From the NCBI GenBank assembly GCA_965218095.1, contig OZ244587.1, forward strand, positions 2,944,001 to 3,008,000: a DNA stretch of 64,000 nt, in the 5' to 3' direction. The translations under genes and the position numbers were made by a program. The notes under the pieces were generated by a model that had not been told where the DNA came from, did no database searches, and saw only the letters and a program-made list of their open reading frames with translations. Positions within the stretch are counted from its first letter, which is position 1; each line of letters starts with the position of its first letter. Below are positions 52,361 to 62,002 of this stretch, in pieces. The DNA is from Candidatus Poribacteria bacterium (GTDB taxonomy: Bacteria; Poribacteria; WGA-4E; PCPOR2b).

Positions 52361-53383
52361 GTGGCATTACTACGATGGGGCATACTCGGTTGCGGTGATG
52401 TGGCGGAGTACAAAGGCGGACCGCCGCTGTATACCGTTGAGGGTTCTGAGTTGATTGCGGTGATGCGGCGTGATAAGGACAAGGCGGAGACGTTTGCAGA
52501 AAGACACCGTGCAAAGCGGGCTTACCACACGTTCGAAGGGCTCCTAGCGGATGACGAGATCAACGCGATTTACATTGCAACGCCACCGTATCTCCATAGT
52601 GAACAGACGATTCTCGCCGCGCAAGCCGGAAAGCATGTCCTCTGTGAAAAGCCGATGGGGATGAACCCCGCAGAGTGCAGGCAGATGATCGACGCCTGCC
52701 GTGAAAGCAACGTTACGCTCATGATCGCCTACTACAGGCCCTTTTTTCCGAATATCGTGAAGATGAAGAAATTGATGGAGGGAGGAGCAATTGGTGAGAT
52801 TGTGCTGGCGCGAGTCAATCATACCGCGCTTTATGACCCAAGCGGTCACGAGTGGGGAGCATGGCGTACCGACCCGCGGATCAGCGGCGGAGGCGTGTTG
52901 ATGGATCTAGGGAGCCATCGGATCGATTTGCTGATGTACCTGCTAGGGGATGTGGCGTCTGTCTGTGGGTACGCAGAAAACGTCCGCTCTCCCTATCCAA
53001 ACGTCCGCTCTCCCTATCCAGTTGATGATTCCACTGTCTTCACGCTGCGATTTGAAAATGGGACGCACGCCGCTGCGAATATCAACTGGAGCGTTGGCGT
53101 TTCCGTTGATGAAGTTGAAGTCTACGGCACAACGGGGTGCTTGCGCTGCAACCCGCTCAACAGTGGAAACCTGACGCTTCAAACGAAGGGTAAGAGTGAG
53201 ACGTTCAATCAGTCCCCTCTGCCGTATACCCACACCGGTTTGATTAAAGATTTTGTCAATCACATTTGTACAGGCGCGCCGATCCGATGTTCAGGCGAGG
53301 TGGGATTAAAAACAAATGCGATCATCGCTGACATCTACGCAAATAGCGTAAGTAATTTTCAAAAAGAAAGTAATGGTTTGTAG
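52361..53383 (+). CDS. Gfo/Idh/MocA oxidoreductase
   Basis: WGILGCG, GKHVLCEKP, GGGVLMDLGSH. Confidence 0.92.
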   Translation: MALLRWGILGCGDVAEYKGGPPLYTVEGSELIAVMRRDKDKAETFAERHRAKRAYHTFEGLLADDEINAIYIATPPYLHSEQTILAAQAGKHVLCEKPMGMNPAECRQMIDACRESNVTLMIAYYRPFFPNIVKMKKLMEGGAIGEIVLARVNHTALYDPSGHEWGAWRTDPRISGGGVLMDLGSHRIDLLMYLLGDVASVCGYAENVRSPYPNVRSPYPVDDSTVFTLRFENGTHAAANINWSVGVSVDEVEVYGTTGCLRCNPLNSGNLTLQTKGKSETFNQSPLPYTHTGLIKDFVNHICTGAPIRCSGEVGLKTNAIIADIYANSVSNFQKESNGL

Positions 53384-53683
53384 TGAGGTGATTCATCGCA
53401 ACTATCGCTAAAAGTGAAGTATATTTTTTATAACTTACTTAACCCTAGCTGACACCTTCGCAGCCATTTCGATTAAAAGCGCGTCACAACGTGTGTAAAT
53501 TGCGACAATAGTGAAGTCCAGGAGATGCTCCTTTTTTGACATTTTTGCATATTAACATTGTAAAGGCACTCCGATGGATTTTCAAGGAGAAATTTCCGAA
53601 TACCTATAACTGTTTAGGTGGCAACTTGGGTTATAATATTTCACGCGCCCCGGATAGCAACCCAAAACTGATCGGATGAACCG

Positions 53684-56600
53684 ATGTCTATGAACGCCGA
53701 AAACCTACTCGACGCCGTTAAAAATCAATCGCTCTTCTCAAACTACTATCTCGATTCCCTCATCGTCGAACAACCGCAGTGGGCATATACACCCAACATT
53801 GAATCAGATTACGCAGCAATCAAGGAACTCTTCGATGCCGTTGCACCGAACGCCGAACACCTCAAAGAGGCACAAACCGAACGCCAATTCATCCAACCGG
53901 TCCTAAAACAATTAGGGCACGTTTTCGAGGTGCAGCCTGCACTCCATACATCGCAGGGAACCAAAGAACCCGATTATGCCTTCTTCACATCGGGGGATGC
54001 CCTTGATGCTACACAGCCGCACATCAACACAAACCAGTTCTTCAAAACGGCGCTCGCCGTCGGCGACGCCAAGGCGTGGTCTCGCAACCTGGATCAGAAG
54101 GCGCTAGACAGCGGAGACCCGTTCAACAATCAAAATCCGAGCTACCAGATCGACTTCTATCTGCGGGGCGCGGACAAATTCTGGGGCATCTTAACTAACG
54201 GAGGGCAATGGCGGCTCTACCACCGTCAGACCAGTTATCGACTCGATACCTTCTATGAGGTAGACCTCGCCGCACTCCTCTCCGAAAACGGAGACTTAGA
54301 GACCTTCCGTTATTTCTACTGCCTCTTTCGGCGCGACGCTTTCGTGCCCGATGCGAGCGGGACATCGTTACTCGACCTCGTATTGAGGGAGAGCCAGCAA
54401 TACACCATCGCGGTCTCCGACGACCTGAAGAACCGTGTCTACGATGCCCTGCGACTGCTCATCGGCGGCTTCCTCAATTTCCCGCGCAACGGTTTCGATA
54501 AAGCCAACCCGCCGCTCAATGAGATTCACACCAACTGCCTGATTCTGCTGTACCGCCTCCTGTTTATCCTCTACGCTGAAAGTCGAGGGCTGTTGCCGGT
54601 CGAAAATCCTGACTACGCCGCACGTTACAGCCTCGCGGCACTCGCGGGGACGATTCACGAAACGCTTGATCGGGAGGACCTGATCATCCCGACGATTAGC
54701 GATTATTGGGCGCGGCTGCATGGGCTATTTACGCTCATCAACGACGGTTGGGGCGACCTCATCCCGCAATACAACGGTGGGCTTTTCAATCCAGAGCATC
54801 ACCCGTTCCTTGAGGAGCACGAACTTGGCAACGATGCGCTGGCACAGGTTATCGAACTCCTGACACGGACGGAGAAGGACGAACGCATCGCCTATCGTGA
54901 CCTTGACGTGCGCCATCTGGGGAATATCTACGAAGGCTTGCTCGAATATCAACCGCAAATTGCCGCCCAAGATTTGGTCATCGTTTCAAAGAAGGGGGGC
55001 GAGGCGGTCGCGCCTAAATCTTCCCCCAATCAGGAGGTCGCCTATCCAGAGGGGGAGGTCTATCTGCTGACCGACAAAGGCGAGCGGAAGGCGACAGGGA
55101 GCTACTACACCCCCGATTACATCGTCCGCTACATCGTCGAAAACACGCTCGCACCGCTCTGTGAGGGCAAAAGCGTTGATGAGATTCTATCGCTCAAAAT
55201 TCTCGATCCTGCCACAGGGAGCGGCCATTTCCTCGTCGGTGTTGTCGATTATCTCGCCGAAGAACTGATCACACATCCGGGCGCGGCACACATGACCGAA
55301 ACGGCGAGCGAGGAGACGGAGTTAGCCTATTGGCGGCGACGCGTCGTGGAGTCCTGCGTTTACGGCGTTGACCTCAACCCGATGGCGGTGGAGTTGGCGA
55401 AACTCTCCCTCTGGCTCCACACGGTGGCAAAGGGCGAACCGCTCTCATTTCTCGACCATCACATCCGTTGCGGCAATTCGCTGATCGGGGCGAAGATTGA
55501 GAACCTGTCGCACCTGCCGGAACTGAAGAAAAACCGTCGTCAAACTAGCGAATCCCAGACAGAATTTTCGATGACCTTCCCTTTCACCGACAGGGTTGCA
55601 ACCGCCATTGGACAGTACCTGCTGATCGAAGAGACCGAGAGCCGTACCGCCGACCAGATCCACAAGAAGGAACACCAATTAGACATCGCCCAACAGATGC
55701 TCCGCTTTCACAAAGGAGTGGCGAACCTCTGGACGAGCGTTTACTTTGGCAACAATGTGTCCCGCCCCACCTATCATCAAGCCTTGAATGCCCTCCGCTC
55801 TAAGGATACCGATGCCCTTGAAAACCTGCTCTCCTATCGTCGGGCGCAGGAGATCGCGAAAGAAAAACGGTTCTTCCATTGGGAGATTGAGTTCCCGGAA
55901 GTCTTTCGTGACAAGTACGGGCGAGAAAAGGACAATCCGGGGTTTGACGCGGTGATAGGGAATCCGCCGTATGTAAGTGTTACCAATATTGAGCCTGACT
56001 TTCGCAATTACTTGTTGAAGCAATTCACTACAGCAACTGGCCGTTTTGATCTTTATATAATTTTTGCGGAACAGGCACTTCGTTTACTGCGAACGCATGG
56101 AATGTTCGGTTTTATCCAACCGATTAAATTTGCAATTTATGCTAATGGCAAAACACTTCGGGATTTCTTGTTAGGGCAAACACAGATCGAGCAGTTTGTG
56201 GATGTTTCTCAATGTCGTATATTTCCGGATCCCACAACTTACCCATGTCTGCCAATAGTAAAAAAAGGGACGCCATCCTCAGAACACAATATCCTTGTCG
56301 TACGAGTTCCACCGGATGCACCGGAGCTAATCAGCGATAGCAAAAGTGAACTGGTAATTACCACCAGAATACCTCAGTCGAGGTTCAGCCGAACACCCGA
56401 AAATGTGATCTGTCTGCGTCTTTCAGATGAGTTATGGCATTTGATTAAGAGGTTTGATGAATTGTCATTCAGTTTAAGTGATATGTTTGATATTGAACAG
56501 TGTATCCGTATCGGTAGCCAAGCAAAAAGGCGTGCCCTTGTGCTGGATGAAGAGCATTATGCTTCAGCACCTGAAAGTGTCAAAATGGCCTGTCGAAAGA

Positions 56601-57511
56601 TGCTAGATGGAGAAAATATTGAACGATATACTATCGCTTGGGCAGGTGAATGGCTTCACTACCTACCTAACGAGTTGTATAATGCCAAATCACTTGAGGT
56701 CTTGGAAACCGATAAAATTCTCATCAAACGAATCGCACCGTCACTGATGGCTGCTCCAGATCTAGGTTTGAATGAAAGTTACTTTTACCCTCTGAATACA
56801 ATTTACGCACTCATTCCTAACGAGCATTTCAACCTTACACTTCTCTATGTGACGGCACTGCTAAACTCAAAATGCCTTGATTGGTACTACAAGCTACTGT
56901 TTGAAGCTATTGCCATTCGGGGAGGATACATCGAATATCGGGAGTATTTGAAATACTTGCCTATCCGCCGGATCAACTTCACCACCCCTGCTGACGAGCG
57001 TGACCGTCAACTCGAAAAAGCCAAAACGCTCTACCAATTCTGCCTCAACAAAAGGAGCACCGATTGCGTCCTTGGCTTCGTAAAGCACCATCTCACTGCC
57101 GATCCAGAGCGTGCCGACATCGTCCACGACCTACTCGCCTTCCTCGCGGCGCAGATGGTTGAGATGAACAAAGCGAAAGGGGAGGAGATTCGTGGCTTCC
57201 TGCGCTGGCTTGGACGGGAAATCCGGGTCGAAATTGACACGCTCCAGAACAAGACCGCGCTTCAGAGTTACTTCGGTCTGTCCCTTGACGACGTACTTGA
57301 GATCCTCAAGAAAAACCGTCAATCGATCGCCGTCGATCCCTCAAGCCGAGATTTCCAAGAATCGTTGAAGCGCGAGTTGGGATCCAGTCTCGCTAAACTC
57401 AACCCCTTGCTCACCCGCATTCAGGGGACCGACGCACTTATTGATCAGGTTGTCTATCAGCTATATGGCTTGACCGATGAGGAGATTGCGGTTGTGGAAG
57501 GCAAAGTTTGA
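53684..57511 (+). CDS. Fused type IIG (Eco57I-like) restriction endonuclease/N6-adenine methyltransferase
   Basis: EPDY...VGDAK nuclease, ILTNG, GSYYTP, LDPATGSGHF, IGNPPY, TaqI-C-like TRD. Confidence 0.92.
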   Translation: MSMNAENLLDAVKNQSLFSNYYLDSLIVEQPQWAYTPNIESDYAAIKELFDAVAPNAEHLKEAQTERQFIQPVLKQLGHVFEVQPALHTSQGTKEPDYAFFTSGDALDATQPHINTNQFFKTALAVGDAKAWSRNLDQKALDSGDPFNNQNPSYQIDFYLRGADKFWGILTNGGQWRLYHRQTSYRLDTFYEVDLAALLSENGDLETFRYFYCLFRRDAFVPDASGTSLLDLVLRESQQYTIAVSDDLKNRVYDALRLLIGGFLNFPRNGFDKANPPLNEIHTNCLILLYRLLFILYAESRGLLPVENPDYAARYSLAALAGTIHETLDREDLIIPTISDYWARLHGLFTLINDGWGDLIPQYNGGLFNPEHHPFLEEHELGNDALAQVIELLTRTEKDERIAYRDLDVRHLGNIYEGLLEYQPQIAAQDLVIVSKKGGEAVAPKSSPNQEVAYPEGEVYLLTDKGERKATGSYYTPDYIVRYIVENTLAPLCEGKSVDEILSLKILDPATGSGHFLVGVVDYLAEELITHPGAAHMTETASEETELAYWRRRVVESCVYGVDLNPMAVELAKLSLWLHTVAKGEPLSFLDHHIRCGNSLIGAKIENLSHLPELKKNRRQTSESQTEFSMTFPFTDRVATAIGQYLLIEETESRTADQIHKKEHQLDIAQQMLRFHKGVANLWTSVYFGNNVSRPTYHQALNALRSKDTDALENLLSYRRAQEIAKEKRFFHWEIEFPEVFRDKYGREKDNPGFDAVIGNPPYVSVTNIEPDFRNYLLKQFTTATGRFDLYIIFAEQALRLLRTHGMFGFIQPIKFAIYANGKTLRDFLLGQTQIEQFVDVSQCRIFPDPTTYPCLPIVKKGTPSSEHNILVVRVPPDAPELISDSKSELVITTRIPQSRFSRTPENVICLRLSDELWHLIKRFDELSFSLSDMFDIEQCIRIGSQAKRRALVLDEEHYASAPESVKMACRKMLDGENIERYTIAWAGEWLHYLPNELYNAKSLEVLETDKILIKRIAPSLMAAPDLGLNESYFYPLNTIYALIPNEHFNLTLLYVTALLNSKCLDWYYKLLFEAIAIRGGYIEYREYLKYLPIRRINFTTPADERDRQLEKAKTLYQFCLNKRSTDCVLGFVKHHLTADPERADIVHDLLAFLAAQMVEMNKAKGEEIRGFLRWLGREIRVEIDTLQNKTALQSYFGLSLDDVLEILKKNRQSIAVDPSSRDFQESLKRELGSSLAKLNPLLTRIQGTDALIDQVVYQLYGLTDEEIAVVEGKV

Positions 57512-57601
57512 TTGAAACGCACCGCAACGAAAGGACAAACAACTCTGAGTTCATTCACATATTCGATGAATAGGGCGCAACTTGAGTTACTTAATACCCC
57601 T

Positions 57602-58609
57602 TTAACGAGTTTCAATCGGGGCGTTCCATATATAAATCAATTCTCCACTATCATCTTCCTCAACGGAGATCCAAGGGAAGTTGCATCGTTCCATCTTTTC
57701 AATCAAACGACCCATAACGCTAGTCAGATTGGAGATATGGCACGCGTTTCCTAGCTGAGATTCAGTGGCTATCTGCTGGTTGACAAGGTATTGAATGGCA
57801 TTCCGCTCGTCTGAATCGAGTGGGAGTTCCTTTCGTTGATTGTCCTCTGCCGCAGGTGGATGCGAAGAGGCTTCCCTGTTCTTCAGATTGACCGGCAGTC
57901 CCGTCACAACTCGATTGGGACATGTCCCTGCTGCTTCCCTCTCCCTTGTCCTGCTCTGGTCGGAAGGGACAACCGCTTCAGCGATCCATTCTTTGATGAG
58001 ATCCATATCCGCTTGCAGCCTCCTGATCTCCTCATGCAACCGACCAATGAGTGCGACTGGATCGGTTTCTCTGTAAATGAGTGAGTCTACCTGCTCTTCA
58101 CCCCAAGATTTACTAAATTCCCCCCAATCTGAGTCTATCTCCTCTGTGGCAGGAGGGTAGAGGTTATCAATGCTTGGTACAGCGGAAGGCAGGTAGGCTT
58201 CCCCACTAACCGCTGCCGTTGAAAAGTTGCAATGCAATTCATGAGGTGAAGTTTCGATAAGCTCGATGTTGTAATTATAGGGACTGATACCCCCTCCATT
58301 ATCGATGTATGAAACCTTGATGTAGCAACAATCGCCAACTTGCAATTGATCTAGTCGCCTCTGAATCTTTTTGATAATTTGGGCATGATAGCCGCGCAGC
58401 ATTTCTGGCATTCCTTTGACCAGTTGCCGAAAATAGGTTGTCGGGTCACAGCCGGACTGAAAATGCGGTGATCTGGTTAGCGGCTGCGTCAAATACGGAA
58501 ATCGAACAACCTTGAGAGGAATCGGATCGCCTAATGACTCAAGCTCCATTCCCCATCGAATCGGTGTCTCCTTTATGCAAGTGGCAACGTAAGTATGACG
58601 TTTGGGCAT
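57602..58609 (-). CDS. Hypothetical protein with coiled coil and C-terminal winged-helix-like domain
   Basis: 335 aa ORF with GAGGAGG RBS. Confidence 0.65.
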   Translation of the reverse strand: MPKRHTYVATCIKETPIRWGMELESLGDPIPLKVVRFPYLTQPLTRSPHFQSGCDPTTYFRQLVKGMPEMLRGYHAQIIKKIQRRLDQLQVGDCCYIKVSYIDNGGGISPYNYNIELIETSPHELHCNFSTAAVSGEAYLPSAVPSIDNLYPPATEEIDSDWGEFSKSWGEEQVDSLIYRETDPVALIGRLHEEIRRLQADMDLIKEWIAEAVVPSDQSRTREREAAGTCPNRVVTGLPVNLKNREASSHPPAAEDNQRKELPLDSDERNAIQYLVNQQIATESQLGNACHISNLTSVMGRLIEKMERCNFPWISVEEDDSGELIYIWNAPIETR

Positions 58610-58849
58610 TTGAAAAAGCCTCCTCAGGAAAGCATAGGTGCGTCGAAGTTAATGCAAATTCATATCAGCAAAGTTTTATAACGTGTAAGATTGTACAAAA
58701 GTTACAAAAAATACCGTTTTTCCACAATATGTAGTGCTTATTTGAGAACAACCCACTAGATATAGCGCATGGTGCCCATTTGTCCACAGTCAAATACAAC
58801 AGGGAAGCAAAAAAAGGGAAGGGAGAAAGTCGATTTTACGTCTCACATA

Positions 58850-59986
58850 TCACGCGATACTTTTCAGGAACAAGCGCCCCACATCAAGATTATACGCAAA
58901 ATCGTCGGCTGACCAGTGACTATTGTAGCCGATGACTGGTACATCGCTTTCATGGCGTGAACCGTGGGATCTGATAGCAACAGGCATTTCAGTTTTGGTG
59001 AGTTCGCCGAAGACGGTATCTCGATCTGCGAGGACAAAAATATCCCCAATCCGATCCGGGTGGAGTCGAAATTTATCCGCAGCTTCGGCTGAAGGGTAAA
59101 CTTCTTCAACGCCCGGCGCACCCCATAGCGTTTCGATTGCCTTCGGAAGATCTGCCTGTTTTTGTAGAAAAACATACGCTGCACCCCCCAGATTGCCGTG
59201 ATGCACGACATAACGGTCTTTGATGATGGGGATGGCGCTTGATGGGACGCCATGTTCAGTCAACCAACGCCCCGGATCGAGGGCGCAGGTCTTCGGCAGC
59301 ATGCCGTGATCGGCGGTGATGTAGATCTCCCGCTCTGGCTGGTCATCCACAATCTCCCCAATGATCCGGTCAAGTTCAGCGATATGTTGCAGCGAAGGTT
59401 CCTCTGTTGGAGCGTACTTGTGCTGGGCCCAATCCGTCGTCGAGCAGTAGGCGAGATCCGGATCATGATCGCGCAAGACCTTGCGCAACCCACGCAGCAG
59501 CCACCAGTTAATCTCTGAGGAGTAGATATCTTCAGCCGGGCCGATTGCCTCCACATACTCAGAGGGTGGGTCTTCCGCGGTGATGGCAATATCCGTCCCG
59601 CCTGCGAGCATTTGCAACAGTTTTTTCTTCGTCACGAGCAGGGCTGTTTTCTCTGAAAAGCCCCTCGATTTCGCACGCTCAAACAGCGTCGGTGCAAGCA
59701 GAAATCGGTTATCCTCAACAAACTCCCCTTTTCCGGTCTCACGGTCTACGTGGTAGTTGGTCGTGATGCCGTGCGCCTCCGGGAACGTTCCGGTCGCAAT
59801 GCTCACGTTGTTGACATTTGTAACCGAGGGAATGACTGAGTTTGCGTGTTGATAGAATCCTTCCTCCGCCAGTTTTTGGATATTGGGAATTTCGCTGGCG
59901 GCGAGGTAGTCATACCCGCCGGCGTCGATACAGATGATGAGGACTTTACGTTTACTCAAGGCGATCTCCTTAGAGAAAGAACTCAT
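58850..59986 (-). CDS. Alkaline phosphatase superfamily protein, phosphonoacetate hydrolase (PhnA)-like
   Basis: ICIDA, PSVTNVNN, TDWAQHK, ADHGM, RSHG. Confidence 0.75.
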   Translation of the reverse strand: MSSFSKEIALSKRKVLIICIDAGGYDYLAASEIPNIQKLAEEGFYQHANSVIPSVTNVNNVSIATGTFPEAHGITTNYHVDRETGKGEFVEDNRFLLAPTLFERAKSRGFSEKTALLVTKKKLLQMLAGGTDIAITAEDPPSEYVEAIGPAEDIYSSEINWWLLRGLRKVLRDHDPDLAYCSTTDWAQHKYAPTEEPSLQHIAELDRIIGEIVDDQPEREIYITADHGMLPKTCALDPGRWLTEHGVPSSAIPIIKDRYVVHHGNLGGAAYVFLQKQADLPKAIETLWGAPGVEEVYPSAEAADKFRLHPDRIGDIFVLADRDTVFGELTKTEMPVAIRSHGSRHESDVPVIGYNSHWSADDFAYNLDVGRLFLKSIA

Positions 59987-60071
59987 TACGGGTAGTTTCT
60001 TGGAAGTCTAATAGAGCACAGCGAAGAATCTCCGTTTCGACCGTTCACCCTGTGTATATCTTGTTTGCTCA

Positions 60072-60992
60072 TCAATCAGCAGGCGCAATAACGGTCAAAC
60101 CTCGTTCAATCATTTCGATCGTCGCGGGTGTATAGCAAATCTGTTCCCCATCAGCATAAAGGAGGGCGGGCGGGTCTGTTTCGATGCTCAGTAATTTTGT
60201 GCGGTGTATCCTGACAGCACGATGAGCGGTGTGTCCTCCCCAGAAGATCGAGATTAGCATACGCAGTACAGTCCGGCGTGGCACAGATTCGATAATACAC
60301 ACATCGAACAGTCCATCGTCTATAATCGCCTCCGGCACAATTTTCATTCCTCCACCGTACATGGGTGTGATGCCTGTTGCAGTGAGAAGGATCTTGCCCT
60401 CGTAGGCACCAAAGTCTCCTTCAAGGTGAACGGTCAGCGATTCATAGCTAAAAAGCGTCCTGAGCGCTGTATAGACATAAGAAGCTGTTCCAGAAAAAGG
60501 GGCATCCCCTTCTGCGACACGCCGGCTGACTTCAGCATCATATCCGCATGTTACAATTGTATCAAAATAGCGGTCCCCGATTTTCCCGAGATCTACCTGA
60601 TATGTAGTGCCGTTCAACAGGATGTCGATAGCTTCCGCCGGGTCTGCAGGAATCTTCAACGCTCCCGCAAAATCGTTCCCCTTCCCGCACGGAAGCACGC
60701 CGAGCACCATATCAGGCTTTTCTGCAATCGCGTTGACAATTTCGTGAATGGTACCATCCCCACCACACGCAATAATCCAGTGTGCTCTATTCTCAACGGC
60801 TTCCCGTGCGATCCGGTTCGCGTCACCGGATTGGGTAGTTAATTCCAGTCTACCCTTCCATCCCTTAGCCGTGAGTTGCTGGTAAGCTTTTTCGGCAACA
60901 GCAGTCCCCTTGCCTTTCCCTGAAATCGGATTAGCAATCAGTACAAAGTCTCGATGTATGTTCTGCCCTTCGGCTTGTGTAGCCATTGCCAC
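60072..60992 (-). CDS. Diacylglycerol kinase family lipid kinase (YegS-like)
   Basis: NPISG, GGDGT, PCGKGNDFA, DGE. Confidence 0.92.
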   Translation of the reverse strand: MAMATQAEGQNIHRDFVLIANPISGKGKGTAVAEKAYQQLTAKGWKGRLELTTQSGDANRIAREAVENRAHWIIACGGDGTIHEIVNAIAEKPDMVLGVLPCGKGNDFAGALKIPADPAEAIDILLNGTTYQVDLGKIGDRYFDTIVTCGYDAEVSRRVAEGDAPFSGTASYVYTALRTLFSYESLTVHLEGDFGAYEGKILLTATGITPMYGGGMKIVPEAIIDDGLFDVCIIESVPRRTVLRMLISIFWGGHTAHRAVRIHRTKLLSIETDPPALLYADGEQICYTPATIEMIERGLTVIAPAD

Positions 60993-61076
60993 CCCATTGT
61001 CAAACGTGATGCGGCATCAGGTGTCAGGAATGCATGAAGGCCTGATACCTGCCCTGATTCGCCCATTTGTCGATTT

Positions 61077-61775
61077 TCATTGATTTCCACCGATCTCCTC
61101 TAAGCGAATAATCAATTTGCCGAGTTGCAGACGCAGCAGCATCGTGTAGATCTGTATGAGCAAAGCGACTTGCCTCTCAGTGGTCAGATTCCCCTCCTGA
61201 ATCAAGCGCATGAAACCATCGGCGCGTTGTCGAATCTGATCTGTTCGCTCGAAGTTCATCTCCCCGGTATTGCGTGCGCTCTCCTTGATAAATTGCCAGA
61301 TCCGATCCTGTATTTCGAGGGTATAGTTTTTCGTCATCGCCTGTCGCGCACGTTTGGCGCTATCGATCCAAATTGTGTTCGATTTCCAATTCAGCATAAA
61401 AGCAATGCTGTTAATGATCACGTCTTGCAGTGTATCCTCTCCAGAGATCAATTTTTCAAAGTTGGTGAGTCCTTCGGCTTCTGCGGAGAGTGTCCGGACT
61501 TTTGAATAGTCCTTGACATCCATGCTTGTCACGTCGTTTTCGGAGATTAGCTTCCAAAGCCCTGCGCTCGTTGAGAGCAGGCCATTGATGCGGGTGGGGA
61601 GGTCGTCGGGTAGTCCGGATTGCATGCAATAGTGGTGAAACGCGTGCAGTTGGCTGCGGAGTTCCCAAAGACTTTCAGGCGTCATTACCTCTGCTAATCT
61701 CGCCACACGAGGCAAGATGTGTTGACGAAGGTAGTCGATTATGTCGTTTGCGGTTCGTTGTATGTTCATGTGCAT
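61077..61775 (-). CDS. Hypothetical all-helical protein
   Basis: Long ORF without a recognised motif. Confidence 0.6.
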   Translation of the reverse strand: MHMNIQRTANDIIDYLRQHILPRVARLAEVMTPESLWELRSQLHAFHHYCMQSGLPDDLPTRINGLLSTSAGLWKLISENDVTSMDVKDYSKVRTLSAEAEGLTNFEKLISGEDTLQDVIINSIAFMLNWKSNTIWIDSAKRARQAMTKNYTLEIQDRIWQFIKESARNTGEMNFERTDQIRQRADGFMRLIQEGNLTTERQVALLIQIYTMLLRLQLGKLIIRLEEIGGNQ

Positions 61776-61867
61776 TGCCGCTTTTCGGAATAATATTGCC
61801 AACGAGATGGTAGCAGATTTTCTAAGTCGTGTCAATGCTATATTTTCGCAGCCTTCCTGAAAAAAGG

Positions 61868-61896
61868 TTGAAAGATCTAGCTACCCCGTATATAAT
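61868..61896 (+). promoter_or_regulatory. Putative sigma70 promoter
   Basis: TTGAAA-17 bp-TATAAT. Confidence 0.6.
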
Positions 61897-62002
61897 CATG
61901 TCGGAGGAGCGTTTTTACCAGGCTGTATTGGTCAGTGCGCTCTGAGAGATTGGTTCTTTTCGCCTTGATGTCATCGGAAAATTATATAAGGAGAGATTAT
62001 CC

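Noticed and set aside
61900-62000. TPP riboswitch upstream of the ThDP enzyme
   Set aside because: CTGAGA is present but the remaining aptamer motifs are not
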